From Eledone cirrhosa (taxonomy: Eukaryota): a DNA stretch of 64,000 nucleotides. The stretch is taken from the NCBI GenBank assembly GCA_964016885.1, contig OZ024742.1:317688001-317752000 (forward strand), given 5' to 3'. Under the pieces are notes generated by a model. The model searched no databases. It saw only the letters and a program-made list of their open reading frames with translations, and was not told where the DNA came from. Both the position numbers and the translations under genes were made by a program. Positions 11,201-22,762 of this stretch are shown here, in pieces; position 1 is the stretch's first letter; each line of letters begins with the position of its first letter.

Positions 11201-13105
11201 CTACCTTTCCGCTTCCCGGGGTTCGGGTTGCACGACTTCCATGGGGTCGGGGGTGTTGGGTGAAGGGGTGTCTTGTGGTGGTGTGGGGTCGTCAGTGTGT
11301 GGTGGGGTTGGGGTGTTTGGAGTTGTGTTGGGGAGGGGAAGGGGAGGGGGAAAGCTTTTTAGTAGGACGCGGTTTATGGGTTTGACAGAGGGTGGTCCTA
11401 CGTCCTCCTTAAAATCCTTTTTTAGTTTTTGGTAGAGGTTCATTGGGATCTTTATTAGTTTTAAATGTGGGTAGTTTTCTGACGAAACAAAGTTTACACC
11501 TTCGGTTTGTACCGAAGGATTATTGTATATGAGCTCATTTAATTTATTATTGTTTCTGTTGATGTAAGTATAGTGTAATGTCTTTTTTTCCGATGGTGTC
11601 AGTGTTTCGAAGAGGGGAGGGGCAGGCTTGGTTTTGTTTGTTGCTGGAGGGGTGTTTTCTGTTTTGTTGGATTGTGTTGAGATTTGGGTGGGGGTTGTTT
11701 GTCCTTGTGTGTTTTGCACATGTTTTCTTTTTTTCCTTTTAATCTGTCTGAAGGACTCCGTTTCTTCCTCCGAATTCGTTGGGTTATCTTCAGTGTTGGA
11801 GGGAAGAGGTATGTTTGCTGGTAATGTTTCCGTGTTGGTTTTCTTTGTGGGGGAGATGGATGTCACTATGTTAGACTGTGTTGTGTGTTGTGTCTGCGGT
11901 GGTTGTGTTGTTTTATTGAGTGAGAGGTTGGGTGGGCCTGTATTTTGTTTTGGGGTAATGTGTTGTGACTGTTTGTGTTGTGGTGGTGTTGTGGTTTTAC
12001 TGAGGGGCGGGTTGGGTGGGACTGAGTTTTGTTGTTTGTTTATCTGTTGTGGTGGTGGTGGTGGAGCTGGTGTTGGTAGCAGGGTTTTCTTTTTGTTGAG
12101 TTGGGGACAAGCGGCCTTCAGGTGCCCTCTGCCTGCACAGATATGGCAGGACGGCCTTCTCCCCTCCACGCTAATGTTTATATACCCATGGTCCTCTAAT
12201 AGGATTCTGTCGGGTATTTGGGCGATGCGTTCAGGCTTCATTTGTACTACCAGCTCTATACCTGTTCCACTGAACGCATTGCCTGTGGTTTTCCCAATGG
12301 AAATCACGTTGTCATTCACTGGATCGATGAAGCCAGCTATGAGCCAGCAGTAGTCCACATCTGGCATCATTGCATCCAGCCATATGCGTTGAGTTCTTTT
12401 CCCCATATAAGATGGATAAAAGGTGAATTTTTTCGAACGAATCGGTGACAAAGCACATTTTTTTGCCGCCGATTCGTTCTTCATGATAATTGCTAGGCTT
12501 CCATACAGTCTGTCTTTTCTTATGAAAGTGGTTTCATTAAGTACTTCTGTGAGTACTGTTTTGATATCTGCTTGAGAAGGCTGTTCAGGTTTTTTTGTAC
12601 TGTTGTTGATGGTCCGAAACTTGACCGTTCGGCTTTCAATCTCTTTGGTGAATTCTTGAGGCATTTTTACCGATAAAATACCATTCTCTCCTTCACTTAT
12701 GTATTGTTTGGCGTCCGTGATCCTTCGTACCACATCTGAAATGTTTTCCGCTATATAAGTCAAAGATTTCTTTGTTTTCTGTGCAAATGAAATCTTGTCG
12801 TCTGCTTTGTTTTCTGATATGGTGTTATTTTCAACTGTTATTTTTGTGTTTGTTGTGTCTTTGTTTGTGTTATTAGTATTGTCATGCAATTTTTCAAATT
12901 TTTTTTTTTCGTTGTTGGAATCCAAGTCCAGATTTGTGTTTTCGTCATTTAATTTTTTCTCCGCAGATTCGTCTGTTTTTATTTTAATTTTTCCTTCCTT
13001 CTCTATGACGTTAGTTGGGAAGGAAGGGAGGACTAAAGCGTGCGAGCTTACAACTCTTACCGCTGTCCCCCCCCCACCACTATTTTCGTTCGCTGCGTTT
13101 AACAT
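11201..13105 (-). CDS. LINE ORF1 protein (Tx1/L1-type nucleic-acid-binding, CCHC zinc knuckle), 634 aa
   Basis: CHICAGRGHLKAAC = Cx2Cx4Hx4C knuckle, Pro/Thr-rich linker, basic KRKKRK motif; lies directly upstream of ORF2 on the same strand. Confidence 0.88.
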   Translation of the reverse strand: MLNAANENSGGGGTAVRVVSSHALVLPSFPTNVIEKEGKIKIKTDESAEKKLNDENTNLDLDSNNEKKKFEKLHDNTNNTNKDTTNTKITVENNTISENKADDKISFAQKTKKSLTYIAENISDVVRRITDAKQYISEGENGILSVKMPQEFTKEIESRTVKFRTINNSTKKPEQPSQADIKTVLTEVLNETTFIRKDRLYGSLAIIMKNESAAKKCALSPIRSKKFTFYPSYMGKRTQRIWLDAMMPDVDYCWLIAGFIDPVNDNVISIGKTTGNAFSGTGIELVVQMKPERIAQIPDRILLEDHGYINISVEGRRPSCHICAGRGHLKAACPQLNKKKTLLPTPAPPPPPQQINKQQNSVPPNPPLSKTTTPPQHKQSQHITPKQNTGPPNLSLNKTTQPPQTQHTTQSNIVTSISPTKKTNTETLPANIPLPSNTEDNPTNSEEETESFRQIKRKKRKHVQNTQGQTTPTQISTQSNKTENTPPATNKTKPAPPLFETLTPSEKKTLHYTYINRNNNKLNELIYNNPSVQTEGVNFVSSENYPHLKLIKIPMNLYQKLKKDFKEDVGPPSVKPINRVLLKSFPPPLPLPNTTPNTPTPPHTDDPTPPQDTPSPNTPDPMEVVQPEPREAER

Positions 13106-13587
13106 TTCTGTTAGACGATTGAAATTTTTTACACAAAATTTTTTAAAACAGGTTTTTCACCTCTAGGAGGAGTAAAGATGAGCTGACCCACCGCCTGACA
13201 GTTCAGACGGAGGGTCAAGCTACACAATTGTATCAAAATTAAGTTTGAACTCACAAAATTTCCTCAATAAATTTGAACAAAACTTCTGTGCGAAGTGAAT
13301 GACATCCACACTGTAGAACAGACGACAGCTAAATTAATAGATAGATAGATAGATAAATTTCTATTTATTTGCCACGAGGGCACAAAAGAAGGGGACATTT
13401 ACACAGTGGGGGAGTTTACATGAATCGAGTAAAGAAAAAAGGAATAACAATAATAATATAACAATAAAAAGTCCTCAAAAGGGAGGGGGCGTGTTGGGGA
13501 TTGCACATACCCCCGAAAAGTGTGCAACTCTTTTCGCGGGGGAAGCCCAGAGAGGAGGCGCTCCCCCTTTCCTCTTCACTTCTTCAC

Positions 13588-16500
13588 CTACAGAACAATG
13601 TAGAGAGAAGGCCCATTTACACGGGCCATTCTCGCTTCTTTCACCCACCTTTCATAAAACTGTCTGGGACCAAGCACTTCTCTCTCCATCCTGATTCTTC
13701 TTCCGAAGTGGTATCGGAAGAAGTAAACCAGGTGATGGCCGGAGAGAAAGTCACCCGACCTCAGACCTTTCAGGCGCGTCCACCACACAACCTCTTTCAT
13801 CATGGCTATTACGCACAGAAAGACCGCCTCTGCTTCATTTCTGAAGGGAGGAGGCGGCTTGATGTTCACCACAGACTCGGCGGTTAATCGAATCGGCGCC
13901 ACACGCGACAGCAGTCGTTCGACGTAGCCCCACAGATCGGCAACGCCCGGGCAGTGTACCAGTGCATGCGCAACGGTTTCCTCGTCGCGCACGCATCTGG
14001 GACAGATCTTTTTCGCGGGATCCCTGCCCGGGCGCCCGTGTCTGTAGAGCTTTTCTCGAACGGGCAGAGCCCCCCGGTAACACTGCCAGGCTAGGGACCT
14101 CTGGAAGTTGTCCATGGGTCTCGGGCCGAAAGTTCTACCGAACAGGCTGGCCAGTTCGTCCTCTTCCATGCCTAGCGACTCTCCAAGGGTGTCGTCGCCC
14201 CTGCTAGCCACCAACCCTCTATAGAATGTCGAGGTGGATTCTCCACTGACAGTCGGGTCCGCTTGCCAGATAGCCGTGAGCGCCTGGGCACACTCGGTGT
14301 GCCAGTTGCCCAGTTTTCTCGGTCTTTGCTTCACCCAGGATTGCAGTTCGGTGAGCGAGACGAGCTGTGGGAAGGCTCGCCTCACAAACGGGGCCCACAC
14401 CGGCTGACCGTTGAGGAATACCTGTAGATGCCGTAGCCTTAATGCGTGCCTACGCATCAACAGCCACGGCATACCCAGCCCTCCTTTCGAAGGGTGCTGG
14501 CAGCAGATGGATCTCCTCACCATGGGAGGCCGCTTCTTCCAGAGGAACTGGAAGAGCATGCGTTCCATGATGGTGAGCTTTTCCTTGGGGCAAGGCACGA
14601 CGGTCAGGCGGTAGTAGATGACGGACGCTATGTAAGCGTTCGTCACCTCCGCCCGACCTTTCAGTGATAGTTTGCACTTGGCCCACTTCTGGGTCAGCGC
14701 AAACACCCTGCTCGTCACCTCGCCCCAATTCTTCTCCACCTGGAGGTCCGGTCCGAACCAGACCCCGAGCAGCTTCACCGGGCCCTCCGTCCACCGCCCG
14801 ACGACACCGTCTAACGGCATCGGTTTGCCCCTCCGCGTTCCGAGTTGCAAACCGACTGACTTGTCCTGGTTCAGCTTAGCCCCCGTCAGCCTTTCGTATT
14901 CCTCCAGTAGGGTGGCGATCGCCCCGATTTCCGAGGCGTCCGCCACCATTACTGTTACGTCGTCGGCATAGGCCGAGACCGCTTTGTGCAATCCCGGTTC
15001 CAGGGGTATGCCCCGCAGCAACTCCAACTTCCGCAGCAGTGGCTCGAGAGTCAATACGTACAGAAGGGAGGAGAGGGGGCACCCCTGTCTGATGGATCGG
15101 GTGATTTGAAACGGCTCCGAGAGGTAGCCGTTTACTTTAATCCTAGAGTAGATGTTGCCACTGTGCATGGCAGAAATCCAGCCCCTGAAAACGGGTCCGA
15201 AGCCCGCCGCCGCTAGCACCGCATCCAGGTAACCATGGTCGACCCTATCGAACGCCTTAGATTGATCCAAGTTGATCAGGGCCCCACCAAAGCCGGGTTC
15301 GTAGCCAACCCTCTCTATTATGTATCGCATGAGGTGGAGGTTGTCGTGAATGGACCTGGACGGGATAGCGCATGTCTGCGCGTCTCCCACCAAACCACCC
15401 ACCACAAGCGCCAACCTCTTCGCCAACACCTTGGCCAAAATCTGTAACTCTGCATTCAGCAGAGTTATGGGCCTAAAGTTACTTAAGTCGTCCCCCTTGC
15501 TCTCGTCCTTCCTCACTAGCGTGACCACGCCCTTGGTCACAGAACAGGGAATTCTCCCGTTCTGTTGCCAGTTGCAATAGACAGCCTCGAGGAGTTCGGA
15601 GAACAAGACCGGCATAGCTAAATAAAGTTCGTATGGTAGACCATCGAGACCCGGGGATTTGCGTCTGCTGCATTGGCTGAGCGCTTCCCCGATTTCAGTG
15701 GCTGTGATTGGCCTTTCGCAGCACTCCGCTTCGCCGCTCGAAAGACGCGGTAGACCGTCGAGGTATGGACCGAAGTCCACATCCCCGTCCGGCCCCCCGC
15801 CACCTCCGAACAGTCGAGCAAAGTGCCTTTGAAAGGTCTCGCACATTCGCCCAGGTTCAAGGATCACCCGTCCATCCTGGTCTCGCAAAGACCGAATGGT
15901 GGATTTAATCCCACTCTTGGCTTCTGTCACGCGGGCCCAGCTAACAGCTTTGGTCCCCTCGTTTCCTAAAGCACGTATTTTACTTCGGACAACGCAGCCT
16001 TCGTGCTTCGCGTCAAAGAACTGGCTCAATGCCGTTCTCGTCGCTAACACTCTGGCTACGTCTCCGCTCCTAATCGCCTCTTCTAGTTTATCTGTTAACT
16101 CCCTTTCCCTCCTATTTCTATTCGCCGCTAGTTCCTTACTGTAACCTATCGAACTTACTCTAATCTCTCTCTTTAGAGATATCCACCACCTACTGTTGAC
16201 GATCGCTCCCGTCAACCGCATCTTAACTAAGCTACTAATCCGGTTTCTGTAATCTTTCTTTGTCGGTAAGGACAAGTTCATCTTCCAGTAACCGGGACCC
16301 TGTCTATGCGTTCTATCAAGGTTGACCACGCAGGTCACTAATTTGTGATCTGAATAGCCAACCATGATCAGTTCTGGACAACTAAATACGTCCCTATCCT
16401 TACTCCTAACCAAAAACCTATCTAGGTACGATCTAGATTGTCCACTGCGGTTTGCCCAGGTCCAGGTTGGCGCAGTTTGACAATCTAGTCGAAATCTATC

Positions 16501-17030
16501 GACCAGGTCGAATCGATCGAGTAACCCCTTGAGGCTGCTACACCCCCCTCTATCGGGACATGCCCCTGCATAGTCCCAACGCGCATCTAGGATTCCATTC
16601 CAGTCCCCCACTAAAAGCAGGGAACGCGACGTTCCTAGAAAAGTCTCCAGACGCTGGAAGAAGTCGGCTCTTTCCGCCCCGAAGGGAGCATAAAGACCGA
16701 CCAGTCTGAAAGCCCCGCCTTCACCGCCTCCGACGTCCAGCACCAGTAATCGACCCCCCCGGGTCCGAGTGAACAATCTGTACGTCGAGAGTCAGACGTT
16801 TATCCAGCAGTACGGCAACTCCCCCCCCCCGCCTCCGGGTTGACAGAGAGATGCGTGCATCTCAAAGTCATCGAAGGCGGGCGCCAGCTGTCTCACGCTG
16901 CTGATCCGACTCTCGCAAACAACCATCACATCTATACTTTGTGACCTGAGGTCACTTAGAAGCTTTGCTTGCTTCCAAGCTGAGCCCAGGCCACGCGCGT
17001 TCAAACAGCCAACTCTCAATTGATCTATTT
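13588..17030 (-). pseudogene. ORF2 of copy B (EN+RT), start codon ATA and frameshift(s) near the poly-C run at ~16820
   Basis: IDQLRVGCLNARGL N-terminus is in ORF 16792..17139; the remainder is ORF 13588..16776 with all RT motifs and the full C-terminus RMARVNGPSLYIVL. Confidence 0.88.
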
Positions 17031-18854
17031 TGGTGTTGAAAGTGAAGAAAGAAAAGCACTTACCTCTCCGGGTTGCGTAATTTCCATGGCATCGGGTGTG
17101 TTGGGTGGAGGGATGTTTTGTGGTGGTGTGGGGGTACACGTGTGTGGTGGGGTTGGGGTATTTGGAGTTGTGTCAGGGAGAGGGGCGGTTATGGGGAAAT
17201 CTTTCAAGAGGACTCGATTCAACGGTTTTAAACAGGGGGGGGGGCTCACGTCCCGTCTAAATTGTTCTTTTAAGGAACGATAAAGGTCCAGAGGGACCTT
17301 TATCATTTTTAAATGGGTGAAGTTCTCTGTTGAGATAAAGTTTGGCCCTTCGGTCTGCACCATAGGGTTATTGTTTATTAATTTAACCAGTTTTTTGTTT
17401 TCTTTATTTATATATGTGTATTGCAACGTCTTTTTTTGTGATGCTGTCAATGTTTCGGAGAGGGGAGGCGCAGATTTATTTTTGTTTGTTGAGGGTGGGG
17501 TGTTTTTGATTGGAGTTGGTGTTTGTGTGTGGGTTATTTGTGGTGTGCTGGGTGTGTGTTTTCTTTTTTTTCTTTTAACTTGTCTGAAGGCTTCTCCTCC
17601 TTCTTCTTCAGAAGTTGGGGGAAACTCTTCAGCGCTAGGTGGGAGGGACGTGTTGTGTGGTTGTTTTTTTTTGCGGGAGGGGTAGATTTGTTACTGTTTT
17701 TTTTTATTATTAGTTTGGAATGGGTTTTGTGGTGGTGGTGGTAATGTTTGTGTCGTGCTTGTGGTTGGTGATGGTGGTGTTTGTGTTGTGGTTGGTGGTG
17801 GTGATTTTTGTGTCGTGCTTGTGTTTGGTGCTGGTGGTGGTGATGTTTGTGTTGTGTTTGTGGTTGGTGGTGTCTGTATTTTGTTTGCTGTGTGTGGTAT
17901 TAGTGTATTTTTGGAGGTGGGTGGTGTTGGTGTACTGTTTGTGGTGGGTGTGGGCAATAGTCCTTTTTGGGGGATACGTTTCGGGCAGTTAGCCTTAACG
18001 TGTCCCCTTTCCATGCATAAATAGCATGCTGGTCTTCTCCCCTCTACAATTATGTCTATTGGGGTAAGGTCATCCAGCCAGATGCGATCCGGGATTTGTG
18101 CTATTCTTTCGGGCCTCATTTGGACTAGTATGTCGAGGCCCATTCCCAGGAACGCATCTCCAGTTGCCTTCCCCATTGACAGCATTGTGTCTTCGCCCAT
18201 ATCAATGAAGCCAGCAATAGCCCACCAGAAGTCCATTGTGGGCAGCATTGTTTTTACTTTTACTCTCTGTGTTCTTCTACCCATGTAGGAGGGATAGAAG
18301 CTATATGTTGTCGATGAGAGTGGGCTTAAGGAAAGCTTCTCCGCCGTTTCCTTGTCTCTTGTTAGGACCGAAATGCTGCCATAGAGTCGGTCCTTTCGTA
18401 TGAAGAGAATATTCTTCATATAGTCTGTTAAGACTAACTCTATTTCCATTTGGCTGGGCTGTGCTGGCTTTCTTGTCTGGTTCAGTATAGTTCTGTAGAG
18501 AACTGTGTTTTCTGCTCTGGCTTTCTTGAATTCTGGGGGGGAGTTAATGGAAAACATTCCGTTCTCCCCCAAAACAATGTGTTTCTTTGCTTCGGCCAGT
18601 TTTTCTCTGGCGGCAGTTAGGTCAATTGGTGTGTATGTAATGGATCGTTTTGTTTTCTGGGCGAAAGTTGCCCTGTTGTTATTTGTATTATTTTCTGTTT
18701 GTTTGTTTTCTGTTTGCTCATTTTCCTTAACATTTGTTTTTTCATTTTCTTTGTTTGTTTCATTGTCTAATTTTGTTGTAATTATTTTTTGTTCTTCAGA
18801 CTTGGGGGGCGTGGCAGAGCTAATGGCAGACATGTCTGCCATCTTTTCCGCCAT
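17025..18854 (-). pseudogene. ORF1 of copy B, split near the poly-T run at ~17700
   Basis: ORF 17691..18881 carries CYLCMERGHVKANC; ORF 17025..17450 carries a C-terminal domain homologous to copy A ORF1. Confidence 0.82.
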
Positions 18855-19300
18855 GCTGCCAAGAAAGAAATTTTTCGGCAAAAATAGATATTTATTTTAC
18901 CCCCTAAAAAGGGGGTAAATGCAAAAATGTTTCCCTAAAAAACAGGGGTTAGTGTTCCAAATGTGTTGCACTGAAAAATTTATCCGGTACTTACAATAGC
19001 GGAGCCGATGTGAAGCGTGTCTTACTCTATCAAGATAGATAGATAGATAGATAGATAGATATGTTTCTTTATTAGCCACAGGGGCACAAAAGAAGGGGAC
19101 AAATACAAAGGGGGAAGTTTACATACAATAAAAACGTGTAAAATGTTATCACAAATGTAATTTAAAAAGTTAGTCGATTTTGCCCAATAGGGGGAGACAG
19201 TTTATATGGGTAACACATACCCCCGAAAAAATGTGCAACCCTCGTCTCCAGGAGTACGAAGAGTTTGTACTCCTTTCCTCTCCTCCTCCTTTCCCTCAAC

Positions 19301-22300
19301 CTACAGGCTGATATAGAGAGAAGGCCCATTCACTCGGGCCATTCTCGCCACTTTCACCCACCTTTCATAAAACTTGCTGGGGTACAGCACCTCTCTCTCC
19401 ATCCTGATTCTTCTTCCAAAGTGGTATTTGAAAAAAAGAATCAGTTGTTGGCCGGAGAGAAATGTGTCTGACCTCAGCCCTTTCAACCTTGTCCACCATA
19501 CAACCTCTTTCGCCATAGCTATCACACAAAGGAAAACCGCCTCTCCTTCGTTTTTGAAGGAGGGTGGCGGTTTGATCATGACAATGGACTCGGTGGTCAA
19601 CTGGATTGGTCCCACCCGCGACAATAGTCGTTCTACATAGCCCCACAGGTCAGTGACGCCCGGGCAGTGTATGAATGCGCGCGCGACGGTTTCTTCGTCT
19701 CGCACGCACCTCGGAGAGATCTTTTTTGCAGGGTCCCTGCCCGGGCGCCCATATCTGTAGAGCTTGTCTCGAACTGGTAGAGCTCCTCGGTAGCACTGCC
19801 AGGCCAGGGACTTTTGGAAGTTGTCCATCGGTCCCGGGCGGAAGGTCCTACCGAACAGACTGGCCAGTTCATCTTCCTCTACGCCTAGTGTTTCACCGAG
19901 CGCGTCGTCGCACTTGCTGCGGATCAACCCTCTATAGAATGACGAAGTGGAGTCTCCACTGATCGCTGGGTCCGCCTGCCAGAGGGCTGTGAGCGCCTGA
20001 GCACATTCGATGTGCGAGTCGCCCATTTTCCTCGGTCTTTGCTTGACCTAGAACTGCAGCTCGGTCAGCGAGACGAGTCGTGGGAAGGCTCACCTCACGA
20101 ACGAGGCCCACACCGGTTGTCCGGTGAGTAATACGTAGAGATGCCGCAGCCTGAGCGCGTGTTTACGCATCGTCAACCACGGCATCCCCAGCCCTCCGTT
20201 AGAAGGGTGTTGGCAGCAGATGGATCTTCTCACCAAAGGAGCCCGCCTCTTCCAAAGGAATCGTAAGAGCGCGCGTTCCATTTTGGCGAGCGTTTTGGCT
20301 GGACAAGGCACGACGGTCAAGCGGTAGTAGATGGCAGACGCTATAAAAGTGTTCGCCACCTCCGCTCGACCTTTCAAGGATAGTTTGCACTCGGCCCACT
20401 TCTGGGTGAGTGCAAACACCTTTGCCGTCACTTCGTTCCAGTTCTTCTCCACCTGGAGGTCCGGACCAAACCAGACCCCGAGCAGCTTTACCGGTCCTTC
20501 CGTCCAGCGTCCGACGACGCCATCGGTTTGCCTCTCCACGATCCGAGTTGCAAACCGATGGACTTGTCCCGGTTCAGCTTCGCTCCTGTGAGACTTTCGT
20601 ATTCCTTCAGTAAGGTGCCGACTTCCTCGATTTGCAAGGCGTTCGACACCATTACTGTCACGTCGTCGGCATAGGCCGACGCCGCTTTCCGCAGTCCCGG
20701 TTCCAGAGGGATTCCCTGCAATAGCTCCAGCTTCCGCAGTAGTGGCTCGAGAGTCAGTACGTACAGAAGGGAGGAGAGAGGGCATCCCTGTCGAATGGAT
20801 CGCGTAATATGGAACGGCTCCGAGAGGTAGCCGTTCACCTTGACCCTTGAGCAGATGTTGCTGTTGTGCATTGCAGCAATCCAGCCCCTGAACACGGGTC
20901 CGAAGCCTGCCGCCTCGAGCACCGCATCCAGGTAACGATGGTCAACCCTATCGAAAGCCTTAGACTGATCCAAGTTGATAAGGGCCCCACCGAAGCCGGT
21001 TTACACCCTACCCTCTCTATGATGTATCGCATGAGGTGGAGGTTGTCGTGTATGGACCTAGTCGGGATTGCGCATGTCTGCGCTTCTCCCACCAGGTTCT
21101 CGACGACAAGCGCCAGCCTCTTTGCCAACACCTTGGCCAAAATCTGTAACTCTGTATTTAGCAGAGTTATGGGCCAGAAGTTGCCTATGTCATCCCCCTT
21201 ATTCTCGTCCTTCCTGATTAGTGTGACCACGCCCCCGGTTACAGAACTGGGAATTCTCCTGTTCTGTTGCCAGTTGCAGTAGACCGCTTCCAGGAGACCG
21301 GAGAATAAGTCCGGCATTGCTACGTAAAATTCGTAGGGTAGACCGTCGAGACCTGGAGATTTTCGTTTGCCGCATTGGCTCAGCGCGTCCCCTATCTCAG
21401 TGGCTGAAATCGGCTTTTCGCAGAACTTTGCCTCGCTGTCCGAGAGTCGCGGTAAGCCGTTGAGGTATGGACCGAAATCCATAGCCTCTCCCGGCGCGCC
21501 TCCCCCCGAACAGCTGAGCAAAGTGCCGCTGAAAAGCCGCACACATCTGCTTCGGCTCACGTATCACGCGTCCGTTTTGGTCCTTCAAAGACCGAATCGT
21601 GGACTTGTTGTCACTTTTTGCCTCCGTCACTCGGGCCCAGCTAACAGCTTTGGTTCCCTCGTTTCCCAGAGCACGTATTTTGCTTCTGACAACTCAGCCC
21701 TCGTGCTTTGCGTCGAAGAACTGGTCCAAGGCCGTTCTCGTTGCTAGCACGCTGGCTACGTTGCCACTTCTAATTGCCTCTTCTACTTTATCTACCAGTT
21801 CCTTCTCGGTTCTATTTCTATCTAACGCTAAATCTTTACTAAAAACTATCGCGTCTAATCTAACTGCCCTCTTGAGAGAGTACCACCATCTGTTGTTGAC
21901 AATGGCCCCTGTCAAGTGCTGTTTAACTAAAGTGCTAATCCGTCTACTGTAGGCTTTGCTTGTCGGTAACGACAAGTTCAGCTTCCAGTAGCCGGGTCCT
22001 TGTCTATGGGTTCTATCAAGGTTGGCCATGCAGGTCACTAGTTTGTGATCTGAATAGGCAACCATGAACATTTGTGGACATCTTAACATGTCCCTATCCT
22101 TATTTCTAACTAGAACCCTATCTAGGTACGATCTCGATGTTCCGCTACGATTAGTCCACGTCCACAGTGGCGCAGTCGGAAAATCTAGTCGATATCTATC
22201 GGCCAGGTCAAATCGGTCGATTAACTGTTTGAGGCTGTTACACCCCCCCCCCTTTATCGGGACATGCTCCCACATAGTCCCAACGTGCATCTAGGATTCC

Positions 22301-22729
22301 ATTCCAGTCCCCCACTAAAAGCAAGGAGCGGGACGTTCCCAGAAAAGTCACTAGACGTTTGAAGAAGTCTGGCCGCGGTGTCCCGGATGGGGCATATGCG
22401 GCCACCAGCCTGAAGGCTCCACCTTCACTACCGTCAACGTCTAGGACTACCAGTCGACCCTCCGGGTCCAGATGTACCGTCTGTGTTACGAGGCCCAGGT
22501 GTTTCCGCAGCAAAACGGCAACTCCGCCCCCACCCCCCGGTCGACAGAGAGATGCGTAGATCTCAATGTCATCGAAGATGGGGGCCAGCTGTCGCTCGCC
22601 GTGGATCCTGGACTCGCAAATGGCTACCACATCCATACTGTGCGACCTGAGGTCGTTTAAGAGTTTGCCCTGTTTCCAGGGCATCCCCAGGCCGCGTACG
22701 TTCACACATCCAACTCTTATATTGGCCAT
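19301..22729 (-). pseudogene. Fragmented ORF2 (EN+RT) of copy C
   Basis: MANIRVGCVNVRGL start; GDWN, SDH, DQSKAFD and AYADD motifs are distributed over six or more ORF fragments. Confidence 0.87.
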
Positions 22730-22762
22730 GTTGGTGCTGAAAAGTTAAAAGAGGAAAAGAGA

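Larger units (their letters stand above)
7515..13337 (-). mobile_element. Full-length Tx1-like (L1 superfamily) non-LTR retrotransposon, copy A, near intact
   Basis: Two long ORFs (zinc-knuckle ORF1; APE+RT ORF2). The 3' end reads AATAAAGAAA-(TCTA)n at ~7515 and the 5' end abuts (GATA)n at 13338-13355. Confidence 0.93.
13356..19032 (-). mobile_element. Full-length Tx1-like retrotransposon, copy B (frameshifted)
   Basis: Same organisation as copy A; flanked by (GATA)n at 13338-13355 and 19033-19061. Confidence 0.92.
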
